This document shows positions 12,101 through 19,400 of a stretch of DNA of 64,000 nt, one piece after another; position 1 is the stretch's first letter; each line of letters starts with the position of its first letter. The notes under the pieces are model-generated. The model searched no databases, was not told the origin of the DNA, and worked only from the letters and a program-made list of their open reading frames with translations. This stretch comes from Acidobacteriota bacterium (GTDB lineage: Bacteria > Acidobacteriota > UBA6911 > RPQK01 > JAJDTT01): assembly GCA_965217775.1 (NCBI GenBank), contig CBDCJH010000002.1:32001-96000 (forward strand), in the 5' to 3' direction. The position numbers were made by a program, and so were the translations under genes.

Positions 12101-15100
12101 GCGATTGCCGTTGCCGTTGAAGTTTGCCTCGTACGGAGAAAATGTGGGGCCGCCTATGGGGTACCAACCGTCACCGTCGTTCCAGTACTCATCGTTTTCG
12201 TCCACGCTACCGCTGCCGTCGGTGTCAAAGTCGAGCGTGGCCGTCAGTTCATAGCCGCTGCATGTGCTGGGACACCCCATGCCCAGCGCCGCTCCGTCAA
12301 ATGCCTCGTAGTAGTACAACCAGCCCGGAGAGTATTCCGCAGGCTGCGGCAACCCATCTCCGTCCCGGTCTACCCGGATGGCGTTGAGTTGGTCCAAGCT
12401 GGAGACCTCGATGAGGCCGTCGTTGTCCACGTCATAGTCGCTACTGCCCAATCCGATCGTGACCGTGAATGTAGTCGTTACGCTCAAGCCATCCGGATCG
12501 GTCGCACGCACGTTTACCGTGACGCGGCGGGCTGCCTTTAACGGGCTCACCACGAGGTTGCTCCCGGAAACAGTGGCCGACAACACTTCGGTGTCGGTGA
12601 GAACCGTGTAGGTCAAGGTGTCGGTGTCCGGATCTGCAAACACAGTCGTCAAACTGATCGTCACGGCGGGATCACTCGGTGAGAGCGTTCGGTCGGCCAG
12701 AGTCCCCTCCACGGTGGGCGCACCGTTGCGGTCCGCCTCCGCGACATCCACCGCGTCCACTGCTCCCGGCGCCATCACGATCCCGGCGCCGGAATCGCGA
12801 TCGACGCCGGCAGCCTCGATGTCCAAGACCGCGGTCCCGGTCGTCATCCCTGTACGGAGCTGCTCCAGGGTGACTTCGTTCGGACCACCCGCCGCTTCCA
12901 GCATCAACGCTGCGATCGCCGCGGCGTGCGGAGCCGAAGCCGAGGTGCCGCTGAACGTCGAAAATCCGGGCGTCGAGGTCGAAACCGCATCCGCCGCGGT
13001 CAGATCCGGCTTCTGCAGCAGCTCACCGCCGGTGGACGAGAAGTTGTTTGCCGTAATCGGTGTGCCGTCGGCTTCGAAGAAGATCCGCCGGGGCCCGTCT
13101 GAGCTGAAGGTTTCGACTTTCTCCGAACCGTCGAAGACGCGGCCCGGACCCCGGGCGGTTTGCACGTCGACTGCGGCCACTCCCACCACCTCCTTGGCAG
13201 CGTTATGGCCCCAGGTCTGGCCGGATGTCGTGATCTCCATCTCCCCTCCCAAGTAGTGGAGACGCAGATAGCGGTCGTCGGCGCCGGAGTTCTTGACGAT
13301 CACGAGGCGGTCGTTCAGGTGATTTGAAAAGTACGACGATTCCGCTCCGATGGACTCGAAGGGATCCTGAGTGCCGTCCTGCGTGTCCGTTGAGCTGTCG
13401 ATTATGTTGCCTCCGGGGGTGATCAGAAACAGGTCGTAGTCGTTCGCCGAGCCCCCCACCGGATCCGCCCACTGCAAGATGATGGGGTAGATGCTGTCTT
13501 CCGTGATGCGATTCTGAACAACGCCACCGCCGAAGTCGTGTGCAACGACCGTGTTGCTGCCCAGAGTGGTCATACTCCCAGCCGCGTAATCTCCCTCCCA
13601 GACCCCCGCCGTTAGATCGTTCTTGTTGCCAAAGTTGCCGGCAGACGAAAAATGGAAGCAACCGGCGTCGACTGCCGCGCTGACGCCCTGCGCAATCATG
13701 CCGTCCTGGAAGGCCGGTTCCGCAAAAAACCCGACGTCGTCGACAATGACGTCGGCGCCGGCGGCGCAGAGAGCCTCGATATTTTCGGCCATCTGCGCCT
13801 CACTACCCCCAGCGGCGGCGAAGTACAGCTCAGCTCCGGGCGCGAGATCATGAACGATCTCCAGCATCGCCGTCCCCTCGGTGCCCGAGGACACGAGGTC
13901 GAAGTATCGAGACCGGCCCCCCTCCTGTCCGGGCAGAACCGTGACCCAGTCCGGCAAGTCCCCATCCTCCTGCACGAAGCCAAGCGCGAGGACGCCATCC
14001 GAGATGACCCCGACGCCGATGCCCGTGCCATCGACGCTGTGCGTCTGCCGCGCCACATCCGCTCGGTGGGCGACGTCACCCTCGGTCGTGTTCTCCTTGT
14101 TGAACACCGGACTGTCATTGAGCTGGGTCCGTAAATCCGATGAGACACGTTTCGTGCTCTTTCTCACGATTGGCTCGGAAGCGGTCCGGACAATCCGGAC
14201 CGCGTCGAGCTCTGCGAGCGTTACCACGGCAGCGAGCGGAAGTCGCGCCCGGATGGCCCGGTACCGCGGTACGCTGTTGACCACCTCGCCTCGCAGGGCC
14301 CGGATGCGATCCAGGACTTCCGGTGTGACATCGGCCCTAATGTCCACCTTCACCAGTTTCTCCCGAACTCGATTACCGGGTGTCGACCGCCCTGCGTCCA
14401 GAAGACGCGAACTCACTTTCCGCTGAGCACGCGTCCGCCGTGCCTTCGCTGCCAGCACCGCCTGGATCTGCCGCACGGCATTCGCTGTCAGAACCTGGCC
14501 GACCTGTTCCGTCACCTCTCCGGTTCGGTTCACCACAGCCTGATTCGTGAACTCTGCAGCCTCATTTCCGGCCGGGTCCCGGACCGGATTCGCCGTTCCT
14601 TGCGTGGGGGCGGTGTAGCTCACTGTTACCGGCTCGCCCTCAACCACCGAAGAGGCCAGCGTCAACGATACGATGCTCCCTGTCATTTCAACCGTAGTGA
14701 CGTCTCGCCTTTCGCCCGCCACAGCCACACGGAAAACTCCTGCCTCCAGCGTCGACGATCCGTCGAGCATCTCGTCGTAACTTAGCGTTAGCTTGGATCC
14801 ACTCACCGCTGCCGCATCGTTGTCCAAGAGCGACGGCTTGACGCCGTCCACCCTCTGGCCGGCTTGGTCCAGCAGTCCCGCATGGGTCAGCTCTGCGGCA
14901 TTTTCGGAACCGCCCTCAATAATTCCCTTGTCCACAGAAAGGCTGTCCGCCTCAACACTCAACCCATCGGTGTCTTCATCGTCGTCGGCCACGTTGTAGG
15001 AGAACATCAGCGCCTGCGTGCCGGTGCCGCTGGAGTAGCTCGCGCTCCTGGTGAGGCTCCCCACCCTCAGTCCCAACTGCGGCGTCCCGGCTACGGTCAC

Positions 15101-16183
15101 CGGTTCGCTGAAGGTCACCGTCACCGCGATCGCGTCGCCGAATCCGTAGGTCTCCCGGCCCTCTGGAGGATTCGAGATGATCTCGATCTTGTGCACCGTA
15201 GGATCCGTGGCAACGCTCACCGGCATCGGCTCGGGCTCGAGTTCTCCACCCACGACTGCTGCGTGGAGCTCTTCCAGTGAGGTGTTGTGGGCACCACCGG
15301 CCGCCTCCAGGGTTAGGGCCACCAGTGTCGCTACCTGAGGAGGAGACGCCGAACTGACGCAGAAGGTCTCGAAATCCGGATTCGCCGTAGTCACGCACGT
15401 CGCCCCGGAAAGGGCGGAGGTCGGCCCTGCCGAATCCCCGGTGGTCGAGAGATCGTCCGCTATCGGCGGCAGTTGGTCCGGAGCGGTTTCGCCGCCCCAG
15501 ACCCTGGACTTGACTTGGTTGCCCTTCGCAGAGACGTAGACGCAACCATTGCGCGCCGCCGCTTTGACCGCTTGGGCCATGAGGCCGCCTTGATAAATCG
15601 TCTCCTGATAGTCGAAGAGGTCGTCGACGATGACGTCCGCCCCCGCTCGGCAGAGCGCCTCGAGGTTGGCTGCGAACCGCGCCGGCCCGCCCAGTCCGGT
15701 CGCGAAGTAGAGCTCGCCGCCCGGAGCCAGGTCGCGGAGGATTGCGAGGGTCGCCGTTCCCTCGTCCCCTTCTCCCGCCTGGCCCGGAAGCACCGTCACC
15801 CGATCCGGCAGATCGCCCGCTGCCTCACCGTTGATCAGCGTCGCCACACCGGTTGAGAGCACGCCGATCCCGACGCCCGTGCCGTCGACTCCGTGACTCC
15901 GGCGCACCGCTACGACTTGCCGGGCGGCCCACTTCCGGATTCCACCTCCAGCGGCGGCCGCCGGCTGCTCGGTTCGGATCGGCTCGATCAACAGGGAGAT
16001 CGCCACCAGCGCCCCGAGCATTCCACGCCACCCACGACCGCGGGCCCACGATCCGATTCCTGTCAGGCGGATCCTCTTCATCACCTTCCGGGGGTCGGGG
16101 ACAGGTGAGGATCGCGGCGTAGGGGCACCCCTTGTGGGTGCCCGCTGTCGCCCGTCATTGCCCGGCGCAGGGAGGGCAACCAC
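3101..16183 (-). CDS. Giant (4360 aa) surface protein: degenerate + intact S8/S53-like subtilase, cadherin-like Ig, GLUG region, 9 Ig/SwmB-type repeat pairs, Calx-beta, poly-Pro, FN3, two C-terminal FAHF domains
   Basis: Intact domain has GVISDG, EGTAMLEIVHDLAPGA, FSSAGN, GTSASAPH. VGGLVG GLUG repeats. NGxTLTLxYxEPLD repeats. Real start may be ATG 16081 (MKRIRL..., followed by a hydrophobic stretch). Confidence 0.9.
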   Translation of the reverse strand: MVALPAPGNDGRQRAPTRGAPTPRSSPVPDPRKVMKRIRLTGIGSWARGRGWRGMLGALVAISLLIEPIRTEQPAAAAGGGIRKWAARQVVAVRRSHGVDGTGVGIGVLSTGVATLINGEAAGDLPDRVTVLPGQAGEGDEGTATLAILRDLAPGGELYFATGLGGPARFAANLEALCRAGADVIVDDLFDYQETIYQGGLMAQAVKAAARNGCVYVSAKGNQVKSRVWGGETAPDQLPPIADDLSTTGDSAGPTSALSGATCVTTANPDFETFCVSSASPPQVATLVALTLEAAGGAHNTSLEELHAAVVGGELEPEPMPVSVATDPTVHKIEIISNPPEGRETYGFGDAIAVTVTFSEPVTVAGTPQLGLRVGSLTRSASYSSGTGTQALMFSYNVADDDEDTDGLSVEADSLSVDKGIIEGGSENAAELTHAGLLDQAGQRVDGVKPSLLDNDAAAVSGSKLTLSYDEMLDGSSTLEAGVFRVAVAGERRDVTTVEMTGSIVSLTLASSVVEGEPVTVSYTAPTQGTANPVRDPAGNEAAEFTNQAVVNRTGEVTEQVGQVLTANAVRQIQAVLAAKARRTRAQRKVSSRLLDAGRSTPGNRVREKLVKVDIRADVTPEVLDRIRALRGEVVNSVPRYRAIRARLPLAAVVTLAELDAVRIVRTASEPIVRKSTKRVSSDLRTQLNDSPVFNKENTTEGDVAHRADVARQTHSVDGTGIGVGVISDGVLALGFVQEDGDLPDWVTVLPGQEGGRSRYFDLVSSGTEGTAMLEIVHDLAPGAELYFAAAGGSEAQMAENIEALCAAGADVIVDDVGFFAEPAFQDGMIAQGVSAAVDAGCFHFSSAGNFGNKNDLTAGVWEGDYAAGSMTTLGSNTVVAHDFGGGVVQNRITEDSIYPIILQWADPVGGSANDYDLFLITPGGNIIDSSTDTQDGTQDPFESIGAESSYFSNHLNDRLVIVKNSGADDRYLRLHYLGGEMEITTSGQTWGHNAAKEVVGVAAVDVQTARGPGRVFDGSEKVETFSSDGPRRIFFEADGTPITANNFSSTGGELLQKPDLTAADAVSTSTPGFSTFSGTSASAPHAAAIAALMLEAAGGPNEVTLEQLRTGMTTGTAVLDIEAAGVDRDSGAGIVMAPGAVDAVDVAEADRNGAPTVEGTLADRTLSPSDPAVTISLTTVFADPDTDTLTYTVLTDTEVLSATVSGSNLVVSPLKAARRVTVNVRATDPDGLSVTTTFTVTIGLGSSDYDVDNDGLIEVSSLDQLNAIRVDRDGDGLPQPAEYSPGWLYYYEAFDGAALGMGCPSTCSGYELTATLDFDTDGSGSVDENDEYWNDGDGWYPIGGPTFSPYEANFNGNGNRLVNLFIDRADEDSVGLFGLFGKDGGSVYTISNVGMTNVRISGKDSVGGLVGRGENMEVSGCFAAGEVSGEADVGGLVGKTNGRILASYADVRVLGDDNVGGLAGNTSGKIEASYAKGRVFGDEDVGGLAGSASGELIANYATGPVLGLRKVGALVGSGTDLQARFNYWDFQAFRSRPPSLRNPVRRVGVGNDDWNNNGFIERSETPTGGVIGQTRSALQTPMSYQGIYDQWNLDLDSDAIPDDPWHFGTSSQYPVLSVDFDGNGQATWQEFGYQVRTGPTLTATSTSQIVNLNWTASDVSAWTPPPDVAYTLTRAETWSYSDGTETPLLENTTALSHVDTTSFAGPRYLYRVAANIEGGGEVSGTALIYAGQLNQPPIVAGPLEDRTLQVGAEPETVDVSGGFRDPENDLLIYEASSSVTSIATVGVSGSEVTIAPLAVGRTTITVTAVQTAGSTAVATQYFTVTVWPRTTVSKLEITSDPGSDATYVIGDPIEVTVTFNHGVEVMGAPQLTLKVGDEDRAADYVSVTGSELLFRYRVLEGDIDTNGVSIEADNLALNGGSIKGGAGFEADLDHRALGNNSRHKVDGVKPALAATRGAVVDATTLTLTYDEVLDSSSTPPASAFIVFGGASSRTVSNVEVRGRAVDLTLAPPVEYWETGILVSYTPSTGMGAAPVKDRVGNAADGLSGEPVANETPDRVAPTVTSVEITSDPPDGRDVYGIGETIEVTVTFDETVMVSGTPRVTLKVGERDRSAYYENVTGAMVVFAYAVAVNDSDTDGVSIEADSLSSGTIRDTSRNSAVLSHAAVAADTAQKVDGIKPKLATTDGAVANGTTLTLAYSEPLDSSSVPANDAFSVTGGNETRTVTGVQVNGSGVELTLSPTAEHGETGLRVSYTVPTGTGANPIQDTAGNDVDRLSSQRVTNNTGDTTGPTVSTVAITSYAGSDRTYGVGDTIAVTVTFNETVVVTGTPQLTLNVGGRNRTANYRSVSGAAVRFEYKVVSGDSDEDGVSIESSRLSLGTGMIRDGARNDATLDHAAVAPDSRHTVDGVKPSLAATDGAVVNGTTLTLAYSEPLNSSSRPATSAFNVTGGNEARTVTRVQVSGSAILLTLSPPVQDGESGFELSYQPGGNPIRDMVGNAADALNNQSVANHTGDTMGPVVAAMRITSNAGSDMTYAAGETIEATVTFSETVVVTGTPRLTLNLGGRSRTANYLNVTGGAVRFRYKVVSGDSATYGVSIEANRLSGGTIRDGAQNNAVLDHVAVAAHAQHKVDGIKPVLATTEGAIANGTMLTLAYGEPLDSSSVPSPDDFTVTGGSETRTVTGVRVSGSAVFLTLSAAVTEGESSLRVNYQPGSNPIQDTAGNDADRLGNRSVTNKTGDTTGPTVSTVRITSSAGSDRTYGVDDTIEVTVTFSETVVVTGTPRLTLNLGGRSRTANFQGVMSKAMKFAYRVVAGDSDDDGVSIESSHLSGGGGTIRDGAQNNAVLDHAAVAANSRHMVDGVKPSLAATDGAVVNGTTLTLAYSEPLNSSSRPATSAFTLTGGNEARTATRVQVSGSGVFLTLSHPVQDGESGLLLSYQPGGNPIRDVVGNAADALSNQSVTNHTGDTTGPIVETMRITSNAGPDTTYAAGETIEVTVTFNETVLVTGTPRLTLNLGGRSRTANYRNVTGGAVRFEYKVVSGDSAAYGVSIEANRLSGGTIRDGAQNNAVLNHAPVAADSQHKVDGIKPALATSDGAVASGTTLTLAYGEPLDSSSVPSADDFTVTGGSETRTVTGVRVSGSAVFLTLSPAVTNGESGLRVNYQPGPSPIQDTAGNDADQLSNKSVTNKTGDTTGPTVSTVRITSSAGSDRTYGVDETIEVTVTFDETVVITGTPELTLNLGGRNRMAEYKSVSSRAVKFAYQVVTGDNDEDGVSIEANQLSRGGGTIRDGAGNDAMLDHDPVADNSSHKVDAVAPVLAMTDPAVVNGATLTLTYNETLNTSSRPATSDFTVAGGNETRTVTRVQVTGSTVRLTVSPSTEHGETGIRVSYESRSNPIQDAIGNDAEAFRDEFVDNQTPDTTAPSIEAIEISSDPGTDETYAIGDMISVTVRYDETVTLDTVRGTPTLDLLVGARRKRASASTGSARAAVVFVYTVEKGDEDNDGVSVPRGSIALNGGKILDLADNPAGRSYEAVETKPDHKVDTSEPDLESVAVHGLQVALNYDEPLDDSSTPASSDFAVTVAGNDRTVVQVRVSGNSVILALASTVTAGETVMVSYTPGFNPIQDEVGNAVDALTDQRADPPLVTIQAKQGSETVTEGETVEFTLTRGPPTEASLTVSLEVTETRSMIETSGGYDPPKEVRFQGGQDTATLEVLTDDDDVAESTSRVTARLQPGAEYRLGPTSTQSARVTVQDNEVSAPPPPPPPPPPPPPPPPPPPPPPPPPPPPPPPPPPAATVPTAALNLQAESGDREVTLSWEAPESDGRSALTGYEVRIDRAGEWISTGSTDLTHTVTGLTNGRTYVFEVRAVNSVGPSPPSSPVETTPMAEEVILEFAHFGNGVSGNDVLITSDLVLVNVAESEIRPAVYFFDGEGDLFEAESVVDVGDDLEIRDDGGLSPRTEVASLGELTISTHGRGEVVTGSVRVVSDGPIGGVVRFDIPGIGVAGVGASEPTADALFPARRQEGGIRTAAAIHNLGMEAVDVQCRLMKDGRVLEEGEIKLSANGQDAQFLEEVFTETDTTDFVGSVRCTVPAGESFTGVAVELDSDNRIFTTLPVVPVEPMGGEQEATTLTFAHFANGTSADGTLITSDLVLVNVAASTARPAIYFYDRAGDLLDPESMVDVGEDLVVRGDGSLTVRTAIARLGELTISTHGRGEVVTGSVQVVSTGPIGGVLRFDIPGVGVAGVGASQPLTDALFPARRQAGRIRTAAAIRNLEPQRTLVRCRLMSQGEELEQVDIRLDGNGQNARFIEEVFTRTDTTDFVGSVRCTAVGDGMFTGVAVELDTGNQIFTTLPVVPVQR
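4805..4906 (-). repeat. Poly-proline tract (34 Pro)
   Basis: Mixed CCN codons between the Calx-beta-like and FN3 domains. Confidence 0.95.
5280..10700 (-). repeat. Eight tandem ~226-aa Ig-like + SwmB/TIGR02059-type repeat units
   Basis: Recurrent PTVxxVxITS...TYxxGETIEVTVTF and NGxTLTLAYxEPL motifs. DNA repeats at 1356-bp spacing (e.g. 6565 vs 7921). Boundaries approximate. Confidence 0.85.
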
Positions 16184-16262
16184 GGTCGCCCCTACTGTGC
16201 GAGCGTCCGCTGCTCCATCCTCTATCCGTCCACGTGTCGATTTTAAGGAGCAACCCGGACGA

Positions 16263-16328
16263 TTTTGGGGCTATATAGTGAAGTTTAGATGATATTTTGG
16301 TCTATATAGTGTTATTTAAGTGAAATAT
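16263..16328. promoter_or_regulatory. AT-rich upstream region with direct repeat CTATATAGTG
   Basis: CTATATAGTG at 16271 and 16302. GATGATATTTTGG (16288-16300) and AGTGAAATAT also occur at 25996-26040. Confidence 0.45.
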
Positions 16329-16404
16329 TCCACCCGAACCGCCCTCACCGGGGGCGACCGGGGGATTCAGGGAGGGGATCGTCGGTCCGACTACTCTCGG
16401 CGGG

Positions 16405-19400
16405 TCATCTTTGAATCGGCACTACCGGCAGCGTGGTGAAGATCCGGTTGCCCCTATCCAGCTCCACCGCGACTCCCGTGAACAGGCCTTCCCCGAGAGC
16501 CGTGCATCTCACCGATCCGACGAAGTTTCGCGTATCCGTCCTGGTGAAGACCTCTTCGATGAACCGGGCATGCTGTCCGTGGGCGTCGAGGCGGATGTCC
16601 GCCTCTTCCAGGGGCTCGCCCCCGCTCATCAACCGGCACCGCACCGTTGCGCGCTGCGCCGCCAGGTTGCGGATCGCCGCCGCGGTGCGGATTCCGGCTG
16701 CTTGACGCCGCGCCGGAAACAGGGCGTCCGTCGTGGGTTGACTCGCTCCCACGCCGGCGACGCCGATGCCGGGGATGTCGAAGCGCAGGACGCCGCCGAT
16801 GGGTCCGTTCGCCAGCACCCGCACCGATCCCGTCACCACCTCTCCCCGGCCGTGGGTCGAGATCGTCAACTCGCCCAGACGGGCCATGGCCGTTCGAACC
16901 GTCAAGCCTCCGTCCTCTCGGACCAGAAGGTCGTCTCCGACGTCCACCATTGATTCCGGCTCCAACAGTTCTCCGCGCTGATCGTAAAAGTAGATGGCGG
17001 GACGGGCGGTCGAGGCGGCCACGTTCACCAGCACCAGGTCCGACGTGATCAAGGTCCCGTCGCCGGAAGTTCCATTGGCGAAATGGGCGAAGGTCAGGGT
17101 CGTTTCCTGGTCTTCGGCAGCCTCCGGGCCGATCGGCACCACCGGCAGGGTGGTGAAGATCCGGTTGCCCGCATCCAGCTCCACCGCCACCCCCGTGAAC
17201 GACTCACCGGCCGGGACCGTACAACGCACCGACCCCACGAAGTCGGTGGTGTCGGTCGCGGTGAACAGCTCCTCGATGAACTGGGCGGCCTGGCCGTTGG
17301 CGCTCAACGGGATCTCCCCCTCTTCCAGCACACTGCCGTTCCTCATCAATCGACACTGCACCTTCACCGCTTCCGGGCCCAGGTTGTGGATGGCCGCCGC
17401 GGTGCGGATCCCGCCCTCCTGCCGCCGGGCCGGGAACAGGGCGTCCGCCGTGGGTTCGCTGGCGCCGACTCCGGCGACGCCGATTCCGGGGATGTCGAAG
17501 CGGACCAGTCCGCCCATGGGGCCGTCCGACACGACCCGGACCGATCCCGTCACCACCTCTCCCCGGCCGTGGGTCGAGATCGTCAGCTCGCCCAGCGACG
17601 CGACCTCCGTCCGGGGCGACAGCCCTCCGTCCTCCCGGATCTCCAGATCCTCCCCGGCATCCACCACGGATTCGGCTTCAAACAGATCTCCGTTCCCGTC
17701 GAAGAAATAGATGACCGGACGGATCTCTTCTTCGGAGACGTTCACTAGCACGAGGTCGGAGGTGATGAGGACGTCGTTGCCCGAGACCCCGTTTCCGAAG
17801 TGGGCGAACTCCAGGATCACCTCCTCCACCATGGGCGTGGCCTCGACCGCGTCGGAGGGAGGACTTGGCCCGACTGAGTTCACCGCCCGCACCTCGAAGA
17901 CGTAGGTCCGGCCGTTGGTCAGTCTGGTGACGGTGTAGGTCAGGTCCGTGGAACCGATGGAGGTCCAGTCCCCGGCCCGGTCGATCCGGACCTGGTAGCC
18001 GGTGAGGGCGGAGCGCCCGTCGCTCGCAGGCACATCCCAGGTCAGCGTCACTTCACCGTCCCCGGCTTCTGCCTGCAGGTTCAACGGTGCCGTGGGCACA
18101 GTCGCAGCCGGAGGCGGTGGCGGCGGCGGCGGTGGCGGAGGCGGTGGCGGCGGCGGCGGTGGTGGCGGCGGTGGAGGAGGAGGTGGTGGGGGCGGGGCCG
18201 AGACTTCGTTGTCCTGGACCGTCACCCGGGCGCTCCGGGTCGAGGTCGGTCCCAGCCGGTACTCGGCTCCCGGCTGCAGCCGGGCGGTGACCCGGCTGGT
18301 GGATTCGGCGACGTCGTCATCGTCGGTCAACACCTCCAACGTCGCCGTGTCCTGTCCGCCCTGGAACCGAACCTCCTTCGGCGGATCGTACCCGCCCGAG
18401 GTCTCGATCATCGATCTTGTCTCCGTGACCTCCAGGCTCACCGTCAGCGAGGCCTCCGTCGGGGGTCCCCGCGTCAGCGTGAACTCCACGGTCTCGCCTT
18501 CCGTCACCGTCTCGGATCCCTCCTTGGCCTGGATGGTCACCAGGGGCGGGTCCGCGCGTTGATCGGTCAACCCATCCACGGCGTTGCCCGCCTCATCCTG
18601 GATCGGGTCGAGACCGGGTGTATAGCTCACCCTTACCGTCTCGCCCGCCGTCACAGGAGCGGTCAGCCTCAAGATGACACTGTTTCCGCTCACCCGGACC
18701 TGGACCACCGTTCGATCATCCCCGGCCATCGTGACCTCGAAGTCAGAGCTCGACGGTGTCGAGCTCTCATCCAGCGCCTCGTCGTAGGTCAGCGCCACCC
18801 GCGAGCCATGCACGGTCACGCCCTCCAATCCCGGCACGCTCGCGTCCACCTTGTGGTCCGGCTTCGTCTCCACCGCTTCGTAACTCCGCGCCGCCGGGTT
18901 GCCCGACAGATCCAGGATCTTTCCTCCATTGAGCGCGATGCTCCCCCGCGGGACGCTCACGCCGTCCTCGTCCTCGTCTCCCTTCTCCACCGTGTAGACG
19001 AACATCACCGCCGGCCGGTCCGGCCCTACACTGGCGCTGGCCCGCTTTCTCCGGGTCCCCACCAGTAAATCCAACGTCGGCGTTCCGCGAATGGTGTCCA
19101 CCGTCACCGTCTCGTCGTACCGCACTGTCACCGAGATCATGTCGTCGACCGCGTAGGTCTCGTCCGTCCCCGGGTCCGAGCTGATCTCGATCCCTTCGAT
19201 CGACGGGGCCGTGGTGTCCGGCGTCCGGTTGTCTACGAACTGGTCCCTGAACGCTTCGGCATCGTTGCCGATCGCATCCTGGATCGGGTTCGATCGCGGC
19301 TCGTAGCTCATCCGGATCCCCGTCTCTCCGTGTTCCGCCGCCGGGTTCACCGTAAGACGAACCGTGCTTCCGCTCACCTGAACCCGGGTCACGGTGCGCG

